DNA from: the human T2T-CHM13v2.0 reference genome, Homo sapiens
Direction: 5' to 3' (one strand)
Length of the DNA: 64,000 nucleotides
Assembly (NCBI RefSeq): GCF_009914755.1
Contig: NC_060940.1
How positions within the stretch are numbered: the stretch's first letter is position 1; each line of letters opens with the position of its first letter. This document shows, in pieces, positions 13,205-27,600 of the stretch. Below the pieces are notes generated by a model, which saw nothing but the letters and a program-made list of their open reading frames with translations, was not told where the DNA came from and did not search any database. Both the position numbers and the translations under genes were made by a program.

Positions 13205-16200
13205 GCGACGGTGAGCAATTCGATTCAATTCCATGATGATTCTATTTGATTCAATTAGATGATGTTTCCATTCGAATCCATTCCATGATTATTCCATTGG
13301 AATCCATTCGGCGATGATTCCATATGAGTCAATTCAATGATGATTCCATATGGGTCCGTTCGATGATAATTCCATTTGATTTCATTCGATGCTTCTATTC
13401 TATTCCAGTCGATGATGATTCCGTTGGAGTCCATACGATGATTCCATTTGATTTCATTTGATGATGATTCCATTCGATGATGATTACATTGGATTCCATT
13501 CTATGATTCCATTCAATTCCATTCGTTGATGATTCGATTCCATTCAATGATGATTCCATTTGAGTTCATTCGATGATTCTATTCGATTCCGTTCGATGGT
13601 GATTCAATTCTATTATATTGGATGATTCCACTCGATTCCATTTGATGATTATTCCATTGGAGTCCACTTAGTGAATCCTTTAGATTCTACTCGACGATGA
13701 TTCCATTCGAGTCCATTCGATGATACCATTCAATTCCATTCGTTGATGCTTCCATTCAAGTGCATTCGATGATATCATTCGATTCCATTTGATGATAATT
13801 CCATTTGATTCCATGCGATGATTCTATTCGATTCCATTCAATGATAATTCCATTCAATTCAGTGATTCCTCTGGACTCCATTTGATGATGATTCCATTCA
13901 ATGATTCCATTCGATTCTATTCGAAAATGATTCCATATGAATACATTTGATGATGATTCCATTAGATTCCATTTGATGATTCCATTCGATTCCATTCGAC
14001 GATGATTCCATTCGATTCCATTTGATGATTCCATTCTATTCTATTCGATGATGATTCCATTCGATTCCATTCGATGATGATTGGATTCGATTCCATTTGA
14101 TGATTTCATTTGATTCCATTCGTTAATGATTTCGATCAATTCCATTCGATGATTCCATTCGATTCCATTCGATAATGATTACATCCGAGTCCATTCGATG
14201 ATTCCCTTTGAGCCTGTTCGATAATTCCATTTGAGTCCAACCAATGATTCCATTCATTTCCATTCAATGATTCCATTCGAGTCCATTTGATCATTCCGGT
14301 AGGGTCCATTCGATGTTGATTCCATTGGAGTGCATTCGATGATTCCATTCGAGTCCATTTTAGGATTTGATTCGAGTCCTTTCGATGATTCCATTCGATT
14401 CCACTCGATGATGATTTCATTCGAGTCCATTCGACACTTCCAATCGATTCCATTTGATGATTCCATTCGAGTCCAATTGATGATTCCATTCAATTCCATT
14501 CGATGATGATTCCGTACGATTCCATTCTGTGATGATTCCATGTGATTGCATTCAATGATGATTCCTTTCGATTGCATTCGATTATGATTCATTTCGTGTT
14601 CATTCTATGGTTCCACAGGTTTCCATTCGTGTCCATTCCATTATTCCATTCTATTCCATTTGATGATGATTCCATTCGATTCCATTCATTGGTGATTCCA
14701 CTCAATTCCATTCAATGATTCCATTCCATTTCTTTCAACAATGATTCCATTAGTTTCTAATCGATGATCCACTTGATTCCATTTGACGACGATTCCATTC
14801 TTGTCCATTCGATGATTCCATTTGATTCCATATGATGATGATTCCATTCGATTCCATACCATGATGATTCCATTCGAGTCCATTCAATGGTGATTCCATT
14901 CAATTCCATTCGATGATTCCTTTTGATTCCATTCGATGATGATGGCATTCGATTCCTTTCAATCATTCCCTTTGATTTCATTCAAAGGTGATTTCATTCA
15001 AGTCCATTCGATAATTGCATTCGATTCCATTCTATGATGATTCCATTCGAGTCCATTTGATGATTCCATTCAATTCAAGTCAATGATGATTCCATTCGAT
15101 TCCATTCGATGATTCCATTGGATTCCATTCGATGATGATTCCATTCAAATCCATTCGATAATTCAATTCAAGTCCATTCGATGATGATTCCAATCGAATC
15201 CATTCAAAGATTCCATTCAGTTCCATTCGATGATTCCCTTAGATTCCATTCGATGATTCCACTTGATTGCATTTACGATGATTCCATTCGATTCCATGTG
15301 ATGATTCCATTCAATTCTATTCAATGATGTCTCCATTTGATTCCATTCGACCATGATTGCCTTTGATTCCATTCAATGATTCCATTCGGTTCCGTTTGAT
15401 GATGATTCCGTTCGATTCCATTTGATGATTCCATTTGATTCCATTGGATGAGTCCATTCGATTACATTCGATGATTATTCCATTCGAGTGCATTAGATGA
15501 TTCCATTCGAGTCCATTCGATGATTCCATTCGATTCCATTCGATGTTGATTCTGTTCAAATCCATTCGATGATTCCACTCGATTCCATTCGTTGACTCCA
15601 TTTGATCCCATTCGATGATTTCCTTTGATTCCCTTTGATGATCATTCCATTTGATTCAATTCGGTGATTTCATTTGATTCCATTCAGTGATGTTTCCATT
15701 CGACTCCATTCGATGATGATTCCATTCGACTCCATTCGATTATGATTTCATTCAATTCCATTCGATAATGATTCCCTTCGAGTCCATTCGATGATTCCAT
15801 TCGATTCCATTCAACGATGATTTGATTCGTGTCCATTCGATGATTCCATTTGATTCCACTTGATGATGATTCCATTCGAGTCCATTTGATGATTCCATTC
15901 AATTCCATACTCCGATGATTTCTTTTGAGCCCACTCAATGCTTCCACTCGATTCCATATGATGATGACTCCATTCGATGAAATTCGATGATGATTCCATT
16001 CGCTTGCTTTCGATGATGATTCCACTTGAGTCCGTTAGAAGATTCTATTCAATTACATTCCAGGACGATTCCGTTCGAGTCCATTTGATGATTCCATTAG
16101 ACTCCATTCGACGATGATTCCATTCGATGTTATTCGATGATTCCATTCGATCTCATTCGATGATGATTCCATTCAACTCCATTCGATGTTTCCATTCGAG

Positions 16201-18919
16201 TTCATTCTATTATTCCATTAGATTCCATTCGATGATGATTCCATTCGATTCCATTTGATGATTGCATTCTATTTCATTTGATGATGATTCCATTCGAGTC
16301 CACTCGATGATTCCATTCGAGTCCATTTAATGAATCCATTGGTTTCAATTCTATGATGATTACACTGGATTCCATTCGTTGATGATTTCATTCGGTTCCA
16401 TTCCATGATGATTCCATTCCTTTCCATTCAATGATTCCATTCGATTCCGTTTGATGATGATTTCATTCGAGTCCATTTGATGATTCCATTTGATTTCTTT
16501 CGATGATGATTCCATTCGAGTCCATTCGATGATTCTATTCGAATCCATTTGATGATTTCTTTTGATTATATTTGGTGATGATTCCATTGGAGTCCATTCA
16601 ATGATTCCATTCTATTCCAATCGATGATGATTCCATTAGAGTCCAGTTAATGATTCCATTTGATTCCAGTCTCTGATGATTACATTCGAGTCCATACGAT
16701 GATTCCACTCAATTCCATATGATGATGATTCCATTTGATTCCATTCGGTGATTCCATTCTATTCTATTCAATGGTGATTCCATTCGAGTACATTAGATGA
16801 TTCCATTCGATTCCATTCAATGATGATTCTATTTGTGTCCCTTAGATGATTCCACATGATTCCATTAGATGATGATACTATTTGAGCCCATCCAATGATT
16901 CCCTTCGATTCCATTCGATGAGGATTCCATTCGATTCAATTCATTGGTGATTCTATTCAATTCAATTCTTTGATTCCATTCCATTCCATTCGACAATGAT
17001 TCCATTCGATTTCTTTCGATGATTCCACTCGATTCCACTTGACATTGATTCCATTCGATTCCATTCAATGATTCCATTTGATTCCAGTGGATGATGATTG
17101 CCATCGATTCCATTCGATCACTCCATTCTATTCCATTTGATGATGATTACATTCGATTCCATTTGATGATTCCATCTGATTCTATTCGAGGATTCCATTT
17201 GATTCCATTCGATGATGATTCCATTCGAGTCCATTCGATGATTTCATTCGAGTACATCCAATGATTCCATTCGAGTCCATTAGATGATTCCATTTGATTC
17301 CATTTGAAAATGATTCTACTAGAGTCCATTCAATGACTCCATTCGAGTCCATTCAACAATTCCATTCGACTCCATTCGATGATTCCATTCGATTCCATTT
17401 GATGGTTCCATTCGAGTCCATTTAATCATTACAGTCGAGTCCATTTGGTGATTCCACTGGATTTCTTTTGATAATGATACCATTCAATTACATTTGATGA
17501 TGATCCCATTCAATTTCATTTGATGATGATTCCATTAGAGTCCATTCGATGATTTCATTCGAGTCCCTTCATTGATTCCATCCGATTTCATTGGATGATG
17601 ACTCCATTCGAGTCCATTCGATGATTCCACTCGATTCCATTAGATGACTCCATTGGAGTCCATTTGATTGTTCCATTCGATTCCATTTGATTCCTTTCGA
17701 AGATTATTCCATTTGAGTCCATTCGATGATGATTCCATTCCATTCCATTCCATGATTCCGTTTGATTCCATTCGATGATTCCCTTCGATTCCTTTCTTTG
17801 ATGATTCCATTCCATTCCATTCAATGATTCCATTCGAATCTATTCCATGATGATTCCTTTCGATTCCATTCGCTGATGTTTCCGTTCAATTCCATTCGAT
17901 GATGATTCCATTCGATTCCATTCATTGAGGATTCCATTTGATTCCATTCAATGATGATTCCGTTCTATTCCATTCAATGATTGCATTCAATTCCATTCAA
18001 TGATTATCCCATTAGAGTAAACTCAACGATTCCATTCAATATCATTCGATGATGATTCCTTTTGAGTCCATTCAATGATTTCATTCAAGTCCATTTGATG
18101 ATTCCTTTCAATTCCATTCTATGATGATTCCATTCGAGTCCATTCGATGATTCCATTCGATTGCATTCGATGATTCCATTATATTCCATTCAACGATGAT
18201 TCCATTCGAGTCCATTCCATGATTCCATTAGAGTACATTTAATGATTGCTTTGTTTTCAATTCGAAGATGATTACATTGGATTCCATTCTATGATACCAT
18301 TCGATTCCATTCAATGATGATTCCACTCAAATCCATTGGATGATTCCATTCGTGTCCATTCGGTTATTTCATTAGATTCCATTCGAGGATGATTCCATTC
18401 GATTCCATTCGATGATGATTCCATTCCAGTCCATATGATCATTCCATTTGATTTCATTCGATGATGATTCCATTCGATTCCATTCGACGATTTCATTCTA
18501 TTCCATTCAATGATGATTCCATTCGAGTCCATTCGATGATTCCATTCGAGTCCATTTAATGATTCCATTGGGTTCAATTCAATGATGATTACATTGGATT
18601 CCGTTCTATGATTCCATTCAATTCCGTTCATTGACAATTTGATTCCATTCGATGATGATTCCATTTGAGTTCATTCGATGATTCTATTCGATTCTCTTCG
18701 ATGGTGATTCAATTCTATTATATTGGATGATTCCATTCGATTCCATTTGATGTTGATTCAATTCGATTCTATTCGATGATGATTCCATTGGATTTCACTT
18801 GATGATTCTATTCGATTCCATTCAATGATGATTCACTTCTCGTCCATTGGATGATTCCATTTCATTCCATTCGATGATGATTCCATTCGATTCCATTCGA
18901 TGATTCCATTTGATTCCAT
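13205..18919 (+). repeat. HOR copy U3, 5715 bp (374-bp and 23-bp deletions)
   Basis: Landmarks at 13205 and 18920. Junctions at ~16396 and ~18410. Confidence 0.92.
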
Positions 18920-21900
18920 GCGACGGTGAGCAATTCGATTCAATTCCATGATGATTCTATTTGATTCAATTAGATGATGTTTCCATTCGAATCCATTCCA
19001 TGATTATTCCATTGGAATCCATTCGGCGATGATTCCATATGAGTCAATTCAATGATGATTCCATATGGGTCCGTTCGATGATAATTCCATTTGATTTCAT
19101 TCGATGCTTCTATTCTATTCCAGTCGATGATGATTCCGTTGGAGTCCATACGATGATTCCATTTGATTTCATTTGATGATGATTCCATTCGATGATGATT
19201 ACATTGGATTCCATTCTATGATTCCATTCAATTCCATTCGTTGATGATTCGATTCCATTCAATGATGATTCCATTTGAGTTCATTCGATGATTCTATTCG
19301 ATTCCGTTCGATGGTGATTCAATTCTATTATATTGGATGATTCCACTCGATTCCATTTGATGATTATTCCATTGGAGTCCACTTAGTGAATCCTTTAGAT
19401 TCTACTCGACGATGATTCCATTCGAGTCCATTCGATGATACCATTCAATTCCATTCGTTGATGCTTCCATTCAAGTGCATTCGATGATATCATTCGATTC
19501 CATTTGATGATAATTCCATTTGATTCCATGCGATGATTCTATTCGATTCCATTCAATGATAATTCCATTCAATTCAGTGATTCCTCTGGACTCCATTTGA
19601 TGATGATTCCATTCAATGATTCCATTCGATTCTATTCGAAAATGATTCCATTTGAATCCATTTGATGATGATTCCATTAGATTCCATTTGATGATTCCAT
19701 TCGATTCCATTCGACGATGATTCCATTCGATTCCGTTTGATGATTCCATTCTATTCTATTCGATGATGATTCCATTCGATTCCATTCGATGATGATTGGA
19801 TTCGATTCCATTTGATGATTTCATTTGATTCCATTCGTTAATGATTTCGATCAATTCCATTCGATGATTCCATTCGATTCCATTCGATAATGATTACATC
19901 CGAGTCCATTCGATGATTCCCTTTGAGCCTGTTCGATAATTCCATTTGAGTCCAACCAATGATTCCATTCATTTCCATTCAATGATTCCATTCGAGTCCA
20001 TTTGATCATTCCGGTAGGGTCCATTCGATGTTGATTCCATTGGAGTGCATTCGATGATTCCATTCGAGTCCATTTTAGGATTTGATTCGAGTCCTTTCGA
20101 TGATTCCATTCGATTCCACTCGATGATGATTTCATTCGAGTCCATTCGACACTTCCAATCGATTCCATTTGATGATTCCATTCGAGTCCAATTGATGATT
20201 CCATTCAATTCCATTCGATGATGATTCCGTACGATTCCATTCTGTGATGATTCCATGTGATTGCATTCAATGATGATTCCTTTCGATTGCATTCGATTAT
20301 GATTCATTTCGTGTTCATTCTATGGTTCCACAGGTTTCCATTCGTGTCCATTCCATTATTCCATTCTATTCCATTTGATGATGATTCCATTCGATTCCAT
20401 TCATTGGTGATTCCACTCAATTCCATTCAATGATTCCATTCCATTTCTTTCAACAATGATTCCATTACTTTCTAATCGATGATCCACTTGATTCCATTTG
20501 ACGACGATTCCATTCTTGTCCATTCGATGATTCCATTTGATTCCATATGATGATGATTCCATTCGATTCCATACCATGATGATTCCATTCGAGTCCATTC
20601 AATGGTGATTCCATTCAATTCCATTCGATGATTCCTTTTGATTCCATTCGATGATGATGGCATTCGATTCCTTTCAATCATTCCCTTTGATTCCATTCAA
20701 AGGTGATTTCATTCAAGTCCATTCGATAATTGCATTCGATTCCATTCTATGATGATTCCATTCGAGTCCATTTGATGATTCCATTCAATTCAAGTCAATG
20801 ATGATTCCATTCGATTCCATTCGATGATTCCATTGGATTCCATTCGATGATGATTCCATTCAAATCCATTCGATAATTCAATTCAAGTCCATTCGATGAT
20901 GATTCCAATCGAATCCATTCAAAGATTCCATTCAGTTCCATTCGATGATTCCCTTAGATTCCATTCGATGATTCCACTTGATTGCATTTACGATGATTCC
21001 ATTCGATTCCATGTGATGATTCCATTCAATTCTATTCAATGATGTCTCCATTTGATTCCATTCGACCATGATTGCCTTTGATTCCATTCAATGATTCCAT
21101 TCGGTTCCGTTTGATGATGATTCCGTTCGATTCCATTTGATGATTCCATTTGATTCCATTGGATGAGTCCATTCGATTACATTCGATGATTATTCCATTC
21201 GAGTGCATTAGATGATTCCATTCGAGTCCATTCGATGATTCCATTCGATTCCATTCGATGTTGATTCTGTTCAAATCCATTCGATGATTCCACTCGATTC
21301 CATTCGTTGACTCCATTTGATCCCATTCGATGATTTCCTTTGATTCCCTTTGATGATCATTCCATTTGATTCAATTCGGTGATTTCATTTGATTCCATTC
21401 AGTGATGTTTCCATTCGACTCCATTCGATGATGATTCCATTCGACTCCATTCGATTATGATTTCATTCAATTCCATTCGATAATGATTCCCTTCGAGTCC
21501 ATTCGATGATTCCATTCGATTCCATTCAACGATGATTTGATTCGTGTCCATTCGATGATTCCATTTGATTCCACTTGATGATGATTCCATTCGAGTCCAT
21601 TTGATGATTCCATTCAATTCCATACTCCGATGATTTCTTTTGAGCCCACTCAATGCTTCCACTCGATTCCATATGATGATGACTCCATTCGATGAAATTC
21701 GATGATGATTCCATTCGCTTGCTTTCGATGATGATTCCACTTGAGTCCGTTAGAAGATTCTATTCAATTACATTCCAGGACGATTCCGTTCGAGTCCATT
21801 TGATGATTCCATTAGACTCCATTCGACGATGATTCCATTCGATGTTATTCGATGATTCCATTCGATCTCATTCGATGATGATTCCATTCAACTCCATTCG

Positions 21901-24634
21901 ATGTTTCCATTCGAGTTCATTCTATTATTCCATTAGATTCCATTCGATGATGATTCCATTCGATTCCATTTGATGATTGCATTCTATTTCATTTGATGAT
22001 GATTCCATTCGAGTCCACTCGATGATTCCATTCGAGTCCATTTAATGAATCCATTGGTTTCAATTCTATGATGATTACACTGGATTCCATTCGTTGATGA
22101 TTTCATTCGGTTCCATTCCATGATGATTCCATTCCTTTCCATTCAATGATTCCATTCGATTCCGTTTGATGATGATTTCATTCGAGTCCATTTGATGATT
22201 CCATTTGATTTCTTTCGATGATGATTCCATTCGAGTCCATTCGATGATTCTATTCGAATCCATTTGATGATTTCTTTTGATTATATTTGGTGATGATTCC
22301 ATTGGAGTCCATTCAATGATTCCATTCTATTCCAATCGATGATGATTCCATTAGAGTCCAGTTAATGATTCCATTTGATTCCAGTCTCTGATGATTACAT
22401 TCGAGTCCATACGATGATTCCACTCAATTCCATATGATGATGATTCCATTTGATTCCATTCGGTGATTCCATTCTATTCTATTCAATGGTGATTCCATTC
22501 GAGTACATTAGATGATTCCATTCGATTCCATTCAATGATGATTCTATTTGTGTCCCTTAGATGATTCCACATGATTCCATTAGATGATGATACTATTTGA
22601 GCCCATCCAATGATTCCCTTCGATTCCATTCGATGAGGATTCCATTTGATTCAATTCATTGGTGATTCTATTCAATTCAATTCTTTGATTCCATTCCATT
22701 CCATTCGACAATGATTCCATTCGATTTCTTTCGATGATTCCACTCGATTCCACTTGACATTGAATCCATTCGATTCCATTCAATGATTCCATTTGATTCC
22801 AGTGGATGATGATTGCCATCGATTCCATTCGATCACTCCATTCTATTCCATTTGATGATGATTACATTCGATTCCATTTGATGATTCCATCTGATTCTAT
22901 TCGAGGATTCCATTTGATTCCATTCGATGATGATTCCATTCGAGTCCATTCGATGATTTCATTCGAGTACATCCAATGATTCCATTCGAGTCCATTAGAT
23001 GATTCCATTTGATTCCATTTGAAAATGATTCTACTAGAGTCCATTCAATGACTCCATTCGAGTCCATTCAACAATTCCATTCGACTCCATTCGATGATTC
23101 CATTCGATTCCATTTGATGGTTCCATTCGAGTCCATTTAATCATTACAGTCGAGTCCATTTGGTGATTCCACTGGATTTCTTTTGATAATGATACCATTC
23201 AATTACATTTGATGATGATCCCATTCAATTTCATTTGATGATGATTCCATTAGAGTCCATTCGATGATTTCATTCGAGTCCCTTCATTGATTCCATCCGA
23301 TTTCATTGGATGATGACTCCATTCGAGTCCATTCGATGATTCCACTCGATTCCATTAGATGACTCCATTGGAGTCCATTTGATTGTTCCATTCGATTCCA
23401 TTTGATTCCTTTCGAAGATTATTCCATTTGAGTCCATTCGATGATGATTCCATTCCATTCCATTCCATGATTCCGTTTGATTCCATTCGATGATTCCCTT
23501 CGATTCCTTTCTTTGATGATTCCATTCCATTCCATTCAATGATTCCATTCGAATCTATTCCATGATGATTCCTTTCGATTCCATTCGCTGATGTTTCCGT
23601 TCAATTCCATTCGATGATGATTCCATTCGATTCCATTCATTGAGGATTCCATTTGATTCCATTCAATGATGATTCCATTCTATTCCATTCAATGATTGCA
23701 TTCAATTCCATTCAATGATTATCCCATTAGAGTAAACTCAACGATTCCATTCAATATCATTCGATGATGATTCCTTTTGAGTCCATTCAATGATTTCATT
23801 CAAGTCCATTTGATGATTCCTTTCAATTCCATTCTATGATGATTCCATTCGAGTCCATTCGATGATTCCATTCGATTGCATTCGATGATTCCATTATATT
23901 CCATTCAACGATGATTCCATTCGAGTCCATTCCATGATTCCATTAGAGTACATTTAATGATTGCTTTGTTTTCAATTCGAAGATGATTACATTGGATTCC
24001 ATTCTATGATACCATTCGATTCCATTCAATGATGATTCCACTCAAATCCATTGGATGATTCCATTCGTGTCCATTCGGTGATTTCATTAGATTCCATTCG
24101 AGGATGATTCCATTCGATTCCATTCGATGATGATTCCATTCCAGTCCATATGATCATTCCATTTGATTTCATTCGATGATGATTCCATTCGATTCCATTC
24201 GACGATTTCATTCTATTCCATTCAATGATGATTCCATTCGAGTCCATTCGATGATTCCATTCGAGTCCATTTAATGATTCCATTGGGTTCAATTCAATGA
24301 TGATTACATTGGATTCCGTTCTATGATTCCATTCAATTCCGTTCATTGACAATTTGATTCCATTCGATGATGATTCCATTTGAGTTCATTCAATGATTCT
24401 ATTCGATTCTCTTCGATGGTGATTCAATTCTATTATATTGGATGATTCCATTCGATTCCATTTGATGTTGATTCAATTCGATTCTATTCGATGATGATTC
24501 CATTGGATTTCACTTGATGATTCTATTCGATTCCATTCAATGATGATTCACTTCTCGTCCATTGGATGATTCCATTTCATTCCATTCGATGATGATTCCA
24601 TTCGATTCCATTCGATGATTCCATTTGATTCCAT
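18920..24634 (+). repeat. HOR copy U4, 5715 bp (374-bp and 23-bp deletions)
   Basis: Landmarks at 18920 and 24635. Junctions at ~22111 and ~24125. Confidence 0.92.
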
Positions 24635-27600
24635 GCGACGGTGAGCAATTCGATTCAATTCCATGATGATTCTATTTGATTCAATTAGATGATGTTTCCA
24701 TTCGAATCCATTCCATGATTATTCCATTGGAATCCATTCGGCGATGATTCCATATGAGTCAATTCAATGATGATTCCATATGGGTCCGTTCGATGATAAT
24801 TCCATTTGATTTCATTCGATGCTTCTATTCTATTCCAGTCGATGATGATTCCGTTGGAGTCCATACGATGATTCCATTTGATTTCATTTGATGATGATTC
24901 CATTCGATGATGATTACATTGGATTCCATTCTATGATTCCATTCAATTCCATTCGTTGATGATTCGATTCCCTTCAATGATGATTCCACTTGAGTTCATT
25001 CGATGATTCTATTCGATTCCGTTCGATGGAGATTCAATTCTCTTATATTGGATGATTCCACTCGATTCCATTTGATGATTATTCCATTGGAGTCCACTTA
25101 GTGAATCCTTTAGATTCTACTCGAAGATGATTCCATTCGAGTCCATTCGATGATACCATTCAATTCCATTCGTTGATGCTTCCATTCAAGTGCATTCGAT
25201 GATATCATTCGATTCCATTTGATGATAATTCCATTTGATTCCATGCGATGATTCTATTCGATTCCATTCAATGATAATTCCATTCAATTCAGTGATTCCT
25301 CTGGACTCCATTTGATGATGATTCCATTCAATGATTCCATTCGATTCTATTCGAAAATGATTCCATTTGAATCCATTTGATGATGATTCCATTAGATTCC
25401 ATTTGATGATTCCATTCGATTCCATTCGACGATGATTCCATTCGATTCCGTTTGATGATTCCATTCTATTCTATTCGATGATGATTCCATTCGATTCCAT
25501 TCGATGATGATTGGATTCGATTCCATTTGATGATTTCATTTGATTCCATTCGTTAATGATTTCGATCAATTCCATTCGATGATTCCATTCGATTCCATTC
25601 GATAATGATTACATCCGAGTCCATTCGATGATTCCATTTGAGCCTGTTCGATAATTCCATTTGAGTCCAACCAATGATTCCATTCATTTCCATTCAATGA
25701 TTCCATTCGAGTCCATTTGATCATTCCGGTTGGGTCCATTCGATGTTGATTCCATTGGAGTGCATTCGATGATTCCATTCGAGTCCATTTTAGGATTTGA
25801 TTCGAGTCCTTTCGATGATTCCATTCGATTCCACTCGATGATGATTTCATTCGAGTCCATTCGACACTTCCAATCGATTCCATTTGATGATTCCATTCGA
25901 GTCCAATTGATGATTCCATTCAATTCCATTCGATGATGATTCCGTACGATTCCATTCTGTGATGATTCCTTGTGATTGCATTCAATGATGATTCCTTTCG
26001 ATTGCATTCGATTATGATTCATTTCGTGTTCATTCTATGGTTCCACAGGTTTCCATTCGTGTCCATTCCATTATTCCATTCTATTCCATTTGATGATGAT
26101 TCCATTCGATTCCATTCATTGGTGATTCCACTCAATTCCATTCAATGATTCCATTCCATTTCTTTCAACAATGATTCCATTAGTTTCTAATCGATGATCC
26201 ACTTGATTCCATTTGACGACGATTCCATTCTTGTCCATTCGATGATTCCATTTGATTCCATATGATGATGATTCCATTCGATTCCATACCATGATGATTC
26301 CATTCGAGTCCATTCAATGGTGATTCCATTCAATTCCATTCGATGATTCCTTTTGATTCCATTCGATGATGATGGCATTCGATTCCTTTCAATCATTCCC
26401 TTTGATTCCATTCAAAGGTGATTTCATTCAAGTCCATTCGATAATTGCATTCGATTCCATTCTATGATGATTCCATTCGAGTCCATTTGATGATTCCATT
26501 CAATTCAAGTCAATGATGATTCCATTCGATTCCATTCGATGATTCCATTGGATTCCATTCGATGATGATTCCATTCAAATCCATTCGATAATTCAATTCA
26601 AGTCCATTCGATGATGATTCCAATCGAATCCATTCAAAGATTCCATTCAGTTCCATTCGATGATTCCCTTAGATTCCATTCGATGATTCCACTTGATTGC
26701 ATTTACGATGATTCCATTCGATTCCATGTGATGATTCCATTCAATTCTATTCAATGATGTCTCCATTTGATTCCATTCGACCATGATTGCCTTTGATTCC
26801 ATTCAATGATTCCATTCGGTTCCGTTTGATGATGATTCCGTTCGATTCCATTTGATGATTCCATTTGATTCCATTGGATGAGTCCATTCGATTACATTCG
26901 ATGATTATTCCATTCGAGTGCATTAGATGATTCCATTCGAGTCCATTCGATGATTCCATTCGATTCCATTCGATGTTGATTCTGTTCAAATCCATTCGAT
27001 GATTCCACTCGATTCCATTCGTTGACTCCATTTGATCCCATTCGATGATTTCCTTTGATTCCCTTTGATGATCATTCCATTTGATTCAATTCGGTGATTT
27101 CATTTGATTCCATTCAGTGATGTTTCCATTCGACTCCATTCGATGATGATTCCATTCGACTCCATTCGATTATGATTTCATTCAATTCCATTCGATAATG
27201 ATTCCCTTCGAGTCCATTCGATGATTCCATTCGATTCCATTCAACGATGATTTGATTCGTGTCCATTCGATGATTCCATTTGATTCCACTTGATGATGAT
27301 TCCATTCGAGTCCATTTGATGATTCCATTCAATTCCATACTCCGATGATTTCTTTTGAGCCCACTCAATGCTTCCACTCGATTCCATATGATGATGACTC
27401 CATTCGATGAAATTCGATGATGATTCCATTCGCTTGCTTTCGATGATGATTCCACTTGAGTCCGTTAGAAGATTCTATTCAATTACATTCCATGACGATT
27501 CCGTTCGAGTCCATTTGATGATTCCATTAGACTCCATTCGACGATGATTCCATTCGATGTTATTTGATGATTCCATTCGATCTCATTCGATGATGATTCC

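Noticed and set aside
25730-25936. Single plus-strand 68-aa ORF
   Set aside because: It arises from a private A>T change at ~25730 (TAG to TTG) that the ORF caller treats as a start codon. The product is a low-complexity satellite translation.
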